The notes under the pieces: model-generated
Databases searched by the model: none
What the model was told of the DNA's origin: nothing
What the model saw: the letters and a program-made list of their open reading frames with translations, nothing else
Part shown: piece by piece, positions 40,580 through 56,425 of the stretch
Position numbering within the stretch: the first letter of the stretch is position 1
Layout: every line of letters starts with the position of its first letter
Assembly: GCA_951406725.2 (NCBI GenBank)
Contig: OX597839.1
Coordinates: 18,104,001 to 18,168,000 of the forward strand
From: Octopus vulgaris
Taxonomy: Eukaryota
Direction of reading: 5' to 3'
DNA: 64,000 bases
Position numbers and translations under genes: made by a program

Positions 40580-40802
40580 GCGAGGGGTGGGGTGCCGAAA
40601 AGTCCCTGGCTTTCGGTAAAAGAAAATACACGAGGATCAATTAATTATGATGTTATTCAACATATTCCTCTCTCAGATTCACACACTTATTGCAGCGGTC
40701 CTTCAGTTTTTCTAAGCCCTGTAAAAGAACTCAGAAGGTTGGGCCCCCAACCAGGCCTTTTGCAGCACCCTTGAAGCCTGGAACTTTTCAACACCCACTC
40801 GT
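40580..40802. mobile_element. Mariner-type MITE; other copies at 12075-12400 and 56780-56997
   Basis: cgaggggtggggtgccgaaaagtccctggc ... gcctggaacttttcaacacccactcg. Confidence 0.75.
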
Positions 40803-42095
40803 GATTATGTATGTGTGTATGTACACACACACACACACATGCTTCGACCTATTTTATCTAGGTTTGACCAAAATATAAAAACTTGTTAATACATGCAACA
40901 ATGAAAGCAATAAAAATTCCTAAACGACTCCGCCACTACTAACCATCGGCATCATCATCATCATCATCATCATTGACATGCGTATTCAGCTGCGTCCCCG
41001 TTTTCGGTTCTGCGTTCGAATCCAGCTGAGGTTGACCTTGCACTTCGCCGTTTTGGGGATCTCTACGAAATCACTCAACCTTCCCTTATGACACAGATAT
41101 GAGGGGGTAAATGGCGTCGTCTTCTCGAATCGACTCTGTAGACCAGTATCGAAGGATCGCCAATAGTTTATTTACCAGTTAACAAATATCTGAGAGCGAT
41201 TTTGTCGAACGACCGTGTCCTTAAATCACGACCTTTTGACAATGTGCGATATCATCTTTATCAGCTTCTTCACTTCATCGTCGTAGTTGTTATAATTTTT
41301 AACACTATCACCATATTGTGTGACCCTTGTTCTTTTAACCCCCTTAGGTCCACCACGTCCTAGTTCTTTCTTCTTTTTTTACGTGTAACCTGACTTTCGG
41401 TTTTTCTCCATCTCCGTGTGTAAGAGACACAGAGTGTAGGGATGTGATTTGAGGAAGATTTGGCTGCTATTTCTAAACAGGTCGACCACTCCTTTAGAGT
41501 TGTCACAGGCAATCTACAGATTCCGCGTGGCTTTCTGAATGGCACACCTAACAAAAAAAAAAAAAAAAAATACCTCGTATTTTCTTTTAGCAGTGCGGCC
41601 CGCCTGATGATGGACTATGTTTCATGCGGCCCGCTCCTTGAAAAACTGCTGTCCTTGTCTGGTTAAGAGCTCCGTCGTTGTCTCGAATCCGCCCATTGCC
41701 GTCTGAAATAATTCTTTTTTAATTTTGGCACAGGAGGTGCAGTTTTGATGTTAGGGGGTCATGTCAGTTACCTCGAACCCCAAGTACTTGAATGGGTCCT
41801 TTATTTTGCCGACCCCCGAAAGGATGAAAGACAAAATCGACCTTTGCATGATTTTCGCTCATTTGCCATTTATAATAATAAACACATCATCACCATCACT
41901 GCAGCAAATAACATCACCGGTGGATTGATTATCGTTACTACAATATTGTTATTATATAAACAGTAGGCATTCCTTCGGAGATGGTATCACCAAAATGAAA
42001 ATGAAAATTTTTCGCAAAAATTTTTTATTTCTTTAATTTTATATATACATGCACATAAACACATACATACATGACTTAACTTTTCCTCTCACACC

Positions 42096-42150
42096 GTCTC
42101 CGATGAAGGGATATTATTATTAATTAATATCCTAGAAACAGCTGTAAGAC
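42096..42150 (+). ncRNA. Hammerhead ribozyme-like motif (type I, palindromic stem III, variant core CCGAUGA)
   Basis: gtct-CCGATGA-a-gggatatt...aatatcct-a-GAAA-cagctg-TA-agac. Confidence 0.6.
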
Positions 42151-42829
42151 CTTCTATCTATAAATGCTCTAATATCTATACACCCTTGGCTTTTGTTATC
42201 TCATTACACAAAAAATTCATATAAACACATACATATACATATTTACATATACAAATACACACACACACATATATATACATACACATACATACTAACACAT
42301 GCATACATATACTTACACAAACGTGCATACATACACCTATATAAACATACGTATATACACTGATACATACATATACTTTACATACACAAATAATATACAT
42401 AGATACACACACACACAAACGCATACTTACATAAAACATACATACACAAACATACGCAAATATATAAACATAAGTGATCACCACCATTGTGGAATAAAAT
42501 ATCTTCATCACCATTAGCAGCATCATCATCACCATCAACACACTATCATTCATTCATTCATTCATTCATTCATTCGTTCATTCATTATTTTATTTCATAC
42601 ATGGCCTCTATCCAACAAACAGCTTTCATTATCATCATCAGTCGTGAACGATTGCCACACTTTCCCCCTGGATAATACAACTAAATCTATCCCCCTTTTA
42701 TGATAAAATAAAATGCAATCATTTAGAGTGACAGTCAACAACAATTAAACCTTTAGTAACTGGACCCCACCCCTGCCATTCAGTGATCTTCCCTCACAGG
42801 CATTGTCAATCATCATCATAACAATAATG

Positions 42830-43286
42830 ATCCTTTCTACTATAGGCACAAGGCCTGAAATTTGATGGGGACGAGAGGGCAGTCGATTAGATCGACCCCA
42901 GTATGCCACTGGTAATTAATTTATCGATACCCGAAAGGATGAATGGTAAAGTCGACCTCGGTGGAATTTGAACTCAGAACATAAAGACAGATGAAACAAC
43001 CGTTAGGCATTTCGCCCGGCGTGCTAATGATTCTGCCAACTTGCAACCTTAAATAATAATAATAATAATAATAATCCTACTGTAGGCACAAGGCCTGAAA
43101 TTTGTGGGAAGAGGGATAGTCAATTATATTGAATCCAGTGCGCAACTGGTACTTATTTCATCGACCCCGAAAGGATAAAAAGTAAAGTCGACCTCATCAG
43201 AAATTGAACCCAGAATATAGCAACGGGCAAAATACCACTCAGCATTTCGCCCAGCATGCTAACGATTCTGCCAGCTTACCACCTTA
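42830..43286 (-). mobile_element. Two tandem SINE B-variant copies
   Basis: tactataggcacaaggcctgaaattt...gattctgcca...acctt is repeated, separated by (AAT)n. Confidence 0.8.
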
Positions 43287-44847
43287 AAAACATAATAATT
43301 GCCTATATTCTTCCTCCTTTTCATCATATTGTCAATTATAGTCTCCCAAAGTTTCCATTATCAGCTCTGCTAGTATGGATGGTACTGTTTCTTCCTGTTG
43401 CTTAGAGGTTCTCTACCCGCCTTTAGACCAGGCTCCCGTGGCTTTTATGGGTTTTTCTACGAGTAACCTTTCGAAGCGCCTCCCCCTATTGAGAGTTTTA
43501 ATTGTTACTTATATTTCATTGTTATCCTGCTTTTGTACACAGACAGTTTTCAAACGGACAAAACCTTTTGTAACTTTCGTCCTGTGTTTTGTCCCTTTAT
43601 GTTTTAAGTGATTTTTGTTAGCCCTTGTGGCCAATAAACGAACAAATTATTATTATTATTATCATTTATCATCATAATTTTTGCTATATTCTTAATGTTG
43701 TTTCTCATTTTGATCAACGTAGATCCCACCTTTTTTCTTTTTTGTATGTTGTATTTCATTTTTTTCATGTAGTCTGTCCTTAATGTCTTGGGTCTTTGTG
43801 ATCAATAAAAGAAATTATCATTATTATCGAGTGAGAGAGCAGTGCATACTATTAAAGTGACACTGGGGTACAAATATACAAAGCCCAATAAATCCATCCA
43901 TCATGACTACCCACAGGCACATGCATCACCACCATATGTGTGCAACATGGTGACCTTATATCAAGATAAACAGCACATTACTTTGCAGGTGGGGCCCAGT
44001 TAGAAGTTTCTTCAAGCCAAGTTGCCCATCATGCTCAAAAGGTCTCTGAATAAGGATTTTCTAAGGATGACAAATGAAACCCCTATATTTCCAGAGGTGT
44101 ATTATTTGAATCTCAAAGAATCCCTCTCGACACATGGTTATGATGCTCCCCCACTACTCCTACTTGTGATCGGAGATGTACCTATTGTCAACCACTAAGG
44201 GACATGCTCAACTAGTTATGGTCAACCAACTGACAAGCAAACAAACAAATCTGCAGTAAAGATTCAAGCGAGGTCATTACCAGTACCACCTGACTGGCCC
44301 CCATGCCGGTGGCAGGTAAAAAGCACTCACTACACTCTTGGAGTGGTTGGCGTTAGGAAGGGCATCCAGCTGTAGAAACTCTGCTTGATCAAGATTGGAG
44401 CCTGGTGCGGCCATCTGGCTCGCCAGCCCTCAGTCAAAATCGTCCAACCCATGCTAGCATGGAAAGCGGACGTTAAATGATGATGATGATGAGTAGAATA
44501 TTTGCCAGTAAGACCATCTTTTACACTATGACAAAACGTACATATTAACATTTCCAATCAGTTTAGACCAGAAGCCATAAGAACCACTGTGTGGCACTAT
44601 TATTGCTGTTCTTGCAGCTGTTGATTTGGTTGTTATTGTTGTTGTTAAGCATATTACTCTGTATATTCCTTGTGAATTTATGAGATTTTATATAGTGAAA
44701 GGTAATATTCTCAAGCCAGAAGTATCATTCTGAGTATACAAATGCAGATATGAAAAGAGAAACAGCCAGCCTTCCCAATAAATGGGTTTATTTATGTGTT
44801 TGTGTGTTTAATATTTTATTAAGCCCCAAATAGTATTGTTTACTGGT

Positions 44848-44888
44848 ATTTTGATATTTCAGGGTTAGAAACCCCTTCTTCAGAAAAT
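44848..44888 (-). ncRNA. Minimal hammerhead ribozyme motif
   Basis: Minus strand reads atttt-CTGAAGA-a-ggggtt tct aaccct-GAAA-ta-TC-aaaat: stem I, canonical core, stem II, minimal palindromic stem III, UC cleavage site. Confidence 0.7.
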
Positions 44889-45114
44889 CTTGGGGGGGGG
44901 GGGGGCAGGAGAAGGTAGTGTTTGCTGACAGCATCATTGACCTGTAGTATTGGTTTCAAATTTTGGCTCAAGGCCAGAATTTTTAATAACTTGCATTGTT
45001 TTGGCTTTAAAAAATATGATCAAGAATACATAAGAATATATATCAAATATCAAACAATGCTTCTTGAAAACTATGCTGCTGAAATTTATATATATATATG
45101 AGTGTATGTATGTA

Positions 45115-45147
<33 letters not shown>

Positions 45148-45306
45148 ATGTGTGTGTGTGTATGTATATATATATATGTATATGTGTGTGTATATATGTG
45201 TGTGTGTGTGTGTATATATGTATATGTGTGTGTATATATATATGTATATATATATATGTATATATATGTGTGTGTGTGTGTATTTATATACATATGTATT
45301 TATGTG

Positions 45307-45350
<44 letters not shown>

Positions 45351-47413
45351 GTATATATGTGTGTTTATATGTATGTATATGGGTATGTGTGTGTGTGCGT
45401 GTGTGTACACACACAAATCTGTTCTTGTTGCTAATTCATGCCAGCATTAATTTAGATATTGCCAGGACAGAACTGCAAGAAAAGTGTGTGTGTTTTATGC
45501 CTCAAGTGAAAATAATCCCACTTCACATTAAAAATAACAATAAAATACAAATTAAGAAATAAAAAAAAATTGCAGACCATAATTTATGTTGACATGTGGT
45601 TTTCTCTTAAGTCCATGTGTCCGTGGCTTTCGCGCGTGCATATATGTGTGTGTGTGTGTGTGTGTGTGCACTTTTTCCACTGTCGCCACTCGAAGCAACG
45701 AGAATCTCTTACGTGGTTGGCACAACACGCTAGAAATAGCAGCACCAAAATCACGCCTTGCTGCCTTTAAAAAAAAAAGAAGAGAAAAACGAGAATATAC
45801 TATAGTGTCATCAAACGTACGACATATATTCATATCAGAATATGCTATTAAAACGTATCGATGAAGTGGTCACCGCTGGAATGTATCTGATCACAAATTA
45901 CTGTTCCCACCGACTATTTTGGTTTTCGAGTTCTGTTTAAGTGTTAAGTTGTTTCAAAAACATTCCCACAGAACGAGAAGTAAAACACTTTGCTGTTTAC
46001 GGGTTTTTGAAGCTATGGCTATATTTAATTCCTCTTGACACTTTTGTTACCATATTTCTCTTGTTATACGTTGCTCTTTGGTTTCAAATAATTTTCAACA
46101 TAATGGAATAAGTTGGTGAAATAAAATTTTGTCTTTATTAATTCGGCGCAATGGTTTTTCAACCGGGGTCCGGGTCCATATAAGATTTGGTTGTTGAAAT
46201 TTATGTGCTACAAATTGGTTATACTTTTGCAACACACAAAATATTTTAACAATTTTTTTGTACGGGCAAAGTGTCTTCGACTGTAGCCTAGGGCCAACCA
46301 AAGCCTTGTGAATGTATTTGGTAGACGGAAACTCAAAGAAGCCAGTAGTATATATATATACCTGGCTGTTTCTTGCAATACATACCAATACATACATCGT
46401 CATCATCGTTTAACGTCTTGTCCATGCTGGCATGGGTTGGACAGTTTGACCAGGGCTGGTAAGTTGAGGGGTTGCACCAGACTCCAATCTGATTTGGCAT
46501 GGTTTCTATGGCTGGATGCTTTTATGTGCCAGTTATGTGACACCAGTATCTGCCTCAACTATGATTTCAGTTGACTTGACGGGTCTTCTACTCAAGCACA
46601 TTATATTGCCAGTATAACAAGAGACGAAGACAGGTGTATTAGTTTAACGATCGGGAAGGTGAGAAGGTATTTTATGTTTCGAGCCTACGCTCTTCAAGAG
46701 AAAGGAACACGATGAAATAAACAGAGAGAATAATAAAAATTTTAGAAGCCAGCGGTCAGTGTGTGGTTGTGTGTCTGTGTTTGTCCCCCCTGTCGTTCCT
46801 TCGGTATTGGTCTACAAAGCATCGGTATGAAGAGACGACGTCATTCACCTTATTTTTCTGCCGAGCTTCTTTATCTATGTCATGAGGGAAGATTGTGTGG
46901 GTGAATGATCTCGTGTACCAATACCGAAAGATTGTTATAATTCGTTCTGAAAGTAGCTTGTGGCCAGCTATTTTGAGGGAAGGAGAAGTCAATAACATCG
47001 ATCCCCAATGCACAACTTGTATTTAATTTCATCGACTCAAGATGGATGAATGGCAAAATCCACTTCGGTTGAATTTGAAGTCAGAACACAAAAATCCGGA
47101 AGAAATGCCGTTCGGCATTTTGTCCGATTCTGCCACCTCTCCACCTTAGGCACAAGGCCAGCAATTTTGTGGGGTAAGGTAAGTCGATTAGATCGACTCC
47201 GGAGTTCAACTTGAACTTAATTTATCGACTCTGAAAGGATGAAGGCCAAAGAATTTAGTCCGTTGTGCTAACTATTCTGCCAGCTCCCCGCCTTACAAAG
47301 TTTAATAATTAATAATAATAATTATCTTTTCTGTTATGGGCACAAGGCCTGAAGTCTTGATGGAGGGGAGTAGTCGATTACATCCACCCCAGAATTTCAC
47401 TGGTACTTAATTT

Positions 47414-47828
47414 GGATCTTTTCGGTTTGAACGGCAGTTTTTAACATAATTTCTAGGTAACTAAAAAATTTTAAATTTCGTATACTGGTAGAATGTGTTT
47501 ATAAAACATCTTTTTCTTTTGACATTATTGAGAAAATTCTATGGTTTGTAAGATATTTGTTGTTGTTTTTCTTCAATTTCTGCAATTTCAACCAATCAAT
47601 GACGTCCATTGAGGTAAAAAAAAACATTCTGTGCCGTATGAATATGTCCCTCGTTTAAGAAACAGATTGGGTTTATTTACATTTGTGAAGAAAAAAATAT
47701 ACCCTTCCCCCCACCCCCTAACCCTAAAACAGATTGAAATGCAATAGATCGATACTAGGGTCATAATTATGGGTGACAATTTCATATGACACCGCTAGAA
47801 AAAACTGCCGATCAAACCGAAAAGATCC
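47414..47828. mobile_element. Merlin-like MITE inserted in a SINE B
   Basis: Same TIRs; perfect 8-bp TSD cttaattt; the SINE resumes afterwards. Confidence 0.9.
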
Positions 47829-48149
47829 CTTAATTTATCGACCCCGAAAGGACGAAAGGCAAAGTCGACCTCGGCGGAATTTGAACTCGGATCATTTAAA
47901 GACTGGAAGAAATGTGCTAACGAATCTGCCAAACCGCCACCTTGACAGAGTTTGATAATAATAATAATAATAATAATAACCAGCAGCAGCAGCAGCAACT
48001 GCTGCGATAGTAATGTTGTCACTGACCTAATTTCTGTCTAATTTTACTTTGTTTCTCGTTCATACATGAAACGTATGTATGGTCACGCTCGCACATACAA
48101 GCACAGTATTTGTGTGTTTATGTCTGTGAATATATAAATGCGTGTGTCT

Positions 48150-49960
<1,811 letters not shown>

Positions 49961-50723
49961 TAGGCGCGCACACTCACGCACTTGCTCACACGTACACTTG
50001 GTGTGAGATTGCAGATGTGAAGATAAACAAGTCTCATACTGCGATAGAGAAGTTGTGAAAATAGCATATGGGGATCAAAAGTACTTGGTTGTATATATAT
50101 TTATGTGATGTGAGTGTAAGTATATAAAAATATGTGCCACTGTGCATGTATGCACACACAGACACACACATATGTATGTCTATATGTTTTGGTGTATATA
50201 TGTAGATATGTATGTGTGTATATATATATATACTTAAATATACATATGTATGTAAATGTATTTAGGTATATACACATGTATGTATAAATACAAATAAGAA
50301 AATGGAGAAACAATTTAGTTGGTATATCAGCTTTAGGATATTAGAATGTTGACTTATTTATTTAACAAAACAATAACCATAATAACATATATATACACAT
50401 TAAAATACAATACATATAAGATAAGAATACAATTCAAAAACCCTAGGGTATTATACCAACAGTATATTGGATAAGTATTATCCCTTAGTGGGTTGGATCC
50501 ACAGCCCCTAACTTACTTGGTATATATATATATATCCCTCTTTCTCTCTATAACTATATATATGTATGTATATGTATATATATATACAGATTAATCAGCC
50601 GAAATTACTACGATGATCCGGTTCTTGACTGAAGACTGAGGGTTTCGAATGTCCTGTCCGTGTTTATTGTATCGTCTTCTAAGAGTTATACGTTCTTGTC
50701 CATGTTGTATTTTTCTACATACC

Positions 50724-50789
<66 letters not shown>

Positions 50790-51223
50790 ATATATATATA
50801 GAGAGAGAGAAAGACAATGAGAGAATCCTTTGATATTGTCTCTTTTTTTTTAATAATAGCAAAGAGAAAAACTCAAACCCTATTAATATCAAGAAAACTG
50901 TCTAGTATGTATGCATATGCGTGTGTGTGTGTGTGCCTTTGTCTAGACATCATGTGATGGTCACAAGTCAGCAGCAGCATCATACAAGCAAGTTTGTTCA
51001 TGTCCAGTCTTCCATGGAAAACAAGTCCAACTATAGGGAAGTATTACCTTGCTTGAAAACAGGTGAGGGTTGATGACAGGAAGGGCATCCAACTGTAGAA
51101 AAATCAGTCTCAAGAAATTCTTTCTTATTCATGCAGGCATGGGAAAATGATGACAAAATGACCAATGTCTCATATGCATACTAAACTAAAGAGCGTTGTT
51201 GGCATATAACATTTACCTAGGGC

Positions 51224-51396
51224 TTAAGCCATCTGCTCACGATACCAGAGGGCGCACACTCTCCTACCCTGATGTAATCTCCAGGGATACAGGCATCCAG
51301 CAACAGGACCTCTGTAATGCTATGATGGACCGTGAAGTCTGGCGTAGCATAGTAAATTCCATTGTCTCGACCACGGTCGAACAATGATGATGATGA
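51224..51396 (+). mobile_element. 5'-truncated RTE-clade LINE 3' end with (GAT)n tail
   Basis: KPSAHDTRGRTLSYPDVISRDTG...MMDREVWRSIV; flanked by TSD ttacctagggc (51213-51223 and 51397-51407). Confidence 0.8.
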
Positions 51397-51406
51397 TTAC
51401 CTAGGG

Positions 51407-52295
51407 CAGGGGTTCTCAACCATTTTTTGCCTATGGGCCCCTTTGATTACTATTCTATTCTGGTGGACCTCCATAGCCTTTCTATGTTTAAAAACTAATC
51501 TTATAGAAACTTCTTTAAAAATTCCTATTTTGTTTTCCACCCATTAACTTGTGTAGTTTGAACTATGTAAAACATTAGAGATAGAAACCTAGCTGTTTCT
51601 TGCAATACATACCAATACATACATCATCATCATCATTTAACGCCTGTTATCCATGCTGGCATGGGTTGGATGGTTTGACCAGGGCTGGTAAGCTGAGGGG
51701 TTGCACCAGACTCCAGTCTGATTTGGCATGGTTTCTATGGCTGGGTGCTTTTATGTGCCACTGGCACAGATGCCATTTGTGTGACACCACTATGATTTCA
51801 CTTGGCTTGATGGGTCTTCTACTCAAGCACAGCATATTGCTAAAGGTCTCAGTCATTTGTCATTGCTTCAGTGAGGCCCAATGCTTTTTATGTGTCACCA
51901 GCATGGGTGCTAATTTGTGACATCAGCATCAACCACATTGGGCATTGACCACATAACATCTAAAGCAAAATTTTTTCATAACTCCTTAACCCTTTTATTA
52001 CCAACCTGCCTGAGACTGCCCCTAGTTCTAGGATACAAACACCCAGTTTTAAAATGGTCTAAATTAAAATCTTCCATCAAAATTTCATGCTAACTTAAGT
52101 TCCAAGCACCAGCTTAATAATTGCAAAATTATTTTATTAAATTCTTAATTATTTTTAAAATTAATTGAAACCAAGGGAGTATATTTCAGCAGAAATATGG
52201 TAATTAAAGGGTTATAATACTATTGTGGGCCTCCAGTTTACTATTATTTTGCATGGACGCTCAGGAACCATATGGACCCTAGTTGACAACCATTG
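51407..52295. mobile_element. hAT-type MITE containing nested SINE and piggyBac MITE; a second hAT MITE abuts at 52304
   Basis: caggggttctcaacc ... gttgacaaccattg; TSD acctaggg/acctagag; the next element starts cagtggttctcaac. Confidence 0.65.
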
Positions 52296-52972
52296 ACCTA
52301 GAGCAGTGGTTCTCAACTGAGGGCCATATGACCCTTGAGAATCCATGTAAGATTTTATTCTTAAAGCTTATGAGTAATAAGTTAGTTTTACTTCTACAAT
52401 ACACAAAATATTTTAATATGCTTTTTAAAATATAATTCCTAATAACATTTAATTATGAAAATATAAGACTTTTTACACATTAACCCATTTTAACCCAGGT
52501 TAACCCTGCCGAAATTTTGAAGATAGTTATATAAATAGGGATAACAAACATATGCAGTAAATAAACCAAATACTATGGTTAAATAAATACAACAAGCACT
52601 ATTTTGCATCCTGCTAACCTTTATTGCAGTAAATAAACCAAATACAACTGTCCTCAAATGAGGTTAGTGGGTTAATATGGGTTAAATGGGTATAAGAAAA
52701 TAGGTAAGAAAGGGGTCCATAGACAAAAGAATGGTTGGGAAACATTACTGTAAATGATACATTAAGTGCATCAAGTTCATTGGCTTTTAAGAGCCCACAA
52801 AGGTTGTGAGCACAGCCCCTTTCTTCACATTCAGCTAGCCAAAAAGAAAATACACGTATTGTATAAGCCTGGCATATAAGATGACCCACTTATTAACAGT
52901 TAGTACTAATTACTGTGCCAAGCAGACTTAGGCTCATTCACTTCCCTCCACTAAGTCACTCAGTTTCCCATC

Positions 52973-53345
52973 TGTTATATGTCCACATTAATATGTTAAC
53001 CACTACATGTAACATGTCCACATTAACATGTGTACTGCCACATGTTGTATGTCCACATTAGCATGTTAACTGTCACATGTTATATGTCCATGTTAACTGT
53101 CACATGTTATATGTCCATGTTAACTGTCACATGTTATATGACCACATTGACACGTTAACTGCCACATGGTATATGTCCATGTTAACATCTCAACTTTCAC
53201 ATGTTTTATGTCCACATTCACATGTTAGCTGCCACATGTTATATGACTGCATTAGTACGCTGACTGCCACATGTTATGTGTCCACATTCTCATGTTAACT
53301 GCCACATGTTATATGTCCACATTAGCTTGTTAACTGCCACATGTA
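52973..53345. repeat. Minisatellite with ~35-bp unit (catgttaactgccacatgttatatgtccacattag) and 24-bp deletion variants
   Basis: About 11 direct tandem units. Confidence 0.9.
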
Positions 53346-53915
53346 CCACTGGTGATTCATCACAAACTTCCCACAGCCACCATATGCAGCACTGGCAGTG
53401 TGTCTACATAATTTGAAAAAAAATTTTATCCTGCATCTTTGACATGGTTTCAAGTTTTGACACAAGGCCAGCAAGTTCAGAAAAGTTGGGTGAGTCAATT
53501 AAATCGACCTCAGTGTTTCACTGGTACTTAATTTATCAACCCTGAAAGGATGGAAAGCAAAGTCAATCTTGGCAGAATTTGAACTCAGAACGCGAAGATG
53601 GGCAAAATGCCACTTCTGCTGACTCTTTCGGCACAATTTTTTGTCACTCTTTCCTCCTGCAACTTGCAGCTCACCTGCGACGGACCGTCGTCTTGTCCAG
53701 GTGGGGAACCTATACGCCAAGGAAACCGGGAAACCGGCCCTTATGAGCAAGGTGTGCTTTGAGAAGGAACAAAGGCGTAACTTCGGTATAGGTACAGGAT
53801 ACATTTCAAGAAAGTGTTTTTTTTTTTTTATATATGGGGGCTTAGGGTTAGGGGTGGGAGAAAAGAGTTTCTGTTATCTTCAGAAATGTAAACAAAACCA
53901 CTTACGGTACCTATA

Positions 53916-54146
53916 CCTATTTCTTTACTACCCACAAGGGGCTAAACACAGAGAAGACAAACAAGGACAAACGGATTAAGTCGATTATATCGACCCCAGT
54001 GCGTAACTGGTACTTATTTAATCGACCCCGAAAGGATGAAAAGCAAAGTCAACCTCGGCGGAATTTGAACTCAGAACGTAACGGCAGACGAAATACGGCT
54101 ACGCATTTCGCCCGGCGTGCTAACGTTTCTGCCAGCTCTCCGCCTT
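53916..54146 (-). mobile_element. Young SINE family B
   Basis: Near-consensus reverse complement with CpGs intact. Confidence 0.9.
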
Positions 54147-54182
54147 AATTCTATACCGAAGGATCGCCCAAACAAAATAGTA

Positions 54183-54788
54183 CAGTAATACCTCACTTTA
54201 CAAGGACCTGCTTTACGAGACCCTGGGTTTACCAGTTTTATTTTTCAGCTCACTTTTGTATGGTGAGCTGAGCTGAGATTTTTCATGCGCAAAGGGCAAG
54301 TTTTACTACCATAACAAATACTTCTGCACGTTACTGAGAAATTTATAGAGAGCTATAAAAAAAAAAGCTTCTTCTTAACAAAATGAAACAAAAAAAAAAA
54401 AACTCTAGATTTGTTTTTTAAAAAGAGATCTGCAAGTCTGTCTCCAAGTGTTTGTGAATCGTTAATCGCGTCTACAAGTGGGGGTGTGCGCAAATGTCGT
54501 GCGAGCGAAGGTGATTCAGAAAACGATCATAATAATAATTTTTTTTTTATATATATAAATGATCTTGACATTCTTTTTACTTTTACATAAACTATCCTTT
54601 ACACTCTACTGTGGTTTTATTGCCATTTATTTACGAGTATTATAAATTTTATAGGTAAAATATTTTTCTGTGAACAAATTACAATTTACAACATAACGAC
54701 TGTGGGAAATTATTCTTGTCCTTTACGAGTTTTCACTTTCTGAGCGATCTCCAGGAACAAATTAACTCATGTTATCGAGGCGTTACTG
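54183..54788. mobile_element. pogo/Tigger-like MITE
   Basis: TA|CAGTAATACCTC ... GAGGCGTTACTG|TA. Confidence 0.75.
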
Positions 54789-54872
54789 TATTGCACACCG
54801 AGAGCTTATAGCATGTTGAATATGTGGCATCACCGGTATGTACCAGTGACAGGCCACAGCTGTTAACATGTG

Positions 54873-55505
54873 GGATCTTTTCGGTTTGAACGGCAGTTTT
54901 TTTCTAGCGGTGTCTTATGAAATTGTCACCCATAATTATGACCCTAGTATCGATCTATTGCATTTCAATCTGTGTTAGGGTTAGGGGTGGGGAGAAAGGT
55001 ATCTTTTTTTTTCTTCACAAATGTAAATAAACCCAATCTGTTTCTTAAAGGAGGGACATATTCATACAGCACGGAATGTTGTTTACCTAAATGGAGGTCA
55101 GCGATTGGTTAAAATTGCCGAAATGCTTGATTTTAAAGTGGAAATATCTTACAAACTATAGAATTTTCTCAATAAAGTTAAGAAAAAACGATGTTTTATA
55201 AACACATTCTACCAGTATACGAAGTTTAAAAGTGTTTAGTTAACTAGAAATTGTGTTGACATATGCTGTTCAAAAGGAAAAGATCCCAATCTGTTTCTTA
55301 AACGAGGGACATTCATACGGCACAGTGTTTTTTTTACCTCAATAGACGTCAGTGACTGGTTGAAATTGAAGAAAAAAAACAACAAATATCTTACAAACTA
55401 TAGAATTTTCTCAATAAAGCCAAGAGAATAAGATGTTTTATAAACAGATTCTACCAGTATACGAAGTTTTAAAATGTTTAGTTACGTGGAAATTATTTTA
55501 AAAAT
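54873..55505. mobile_element. Merlin-like MITE (54873-55286) fused to a second partial copy
   Basis: After the right TIR gaaaagatcc, the internal sequence restarts at caatctgtttcttaaacgaggg; no TSD. Confidence 0.8.
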
Positions 55506-56425
55506 ACATTTACAAATTTACAAAAAAAAAGCACGTCTTATATGCTGGCAAATACAGCACACACACATATACATATGTATGCATCTGCGTGTGTGTGTGT
55601 ATGTGTGTTTGTGTTTTGTTGCCTTCTAAACATGGCCTACTTACACGTTACAGTGAGACAAGTGGCACAGCAGCGTGTAGGTGTTCCACTGCATGGCATG
55701 TGTTGCTGGAACAACGACGGTGATACTTCAACTGTTTCTCAAGAATTCCTTATTATTTCAATCACTGTTATGGCATGGTAAACAGGAAGTCACACATGCA
55801 TGTAGATACTCTATGTATACACACATACATAGAAACACTCACACTGATGTGTATATGTGTGTATTTATGTCTATATACACACACACACACACACACATAT
55901 AATATATAGGTGTAGTTAGTGGCTGTGTGGTAAGAAGCTTGCTTCCCAACCATATGGTTCTGGGTTCAGTCCCACTATGTGGTACCTTCAACTTAGTCAA
56001 GTGTCTTCTACTATAGTGGATTTGGTAGGCGGAAACTAAAAAAACGCCAGTCATATATATAAATACATATATAAATATATGTATATGTGTATGTATGTAT
56101 TTGCGTCTGTTTGTTGCCCCGCAATTGCTTCACAACCGATGTTGGTGTGTTTACATTCCCGTAACTAAGCTGTTCAGCAATAGAATAAGTACTAGACTTA
56201 CAAAGAATAAGTCCTGGGGTCAATTTGTTTGACTAAAGGCGGTGCTCCAGCATGGCTGCAGTCAAATAACTGAAACTAATAAAAAAATTAAAAGAAAGAA
56301 TAAAGGAATATACATATATATATTGCTTAGGCATTGTGAGGTGAATAACCTGGTGTAGAACTCAATTGGTAATGCTTTTTCCTATGTATTTGCTTAAATA
56401 TAATTCTTTCCCTAAATAAATTCAA

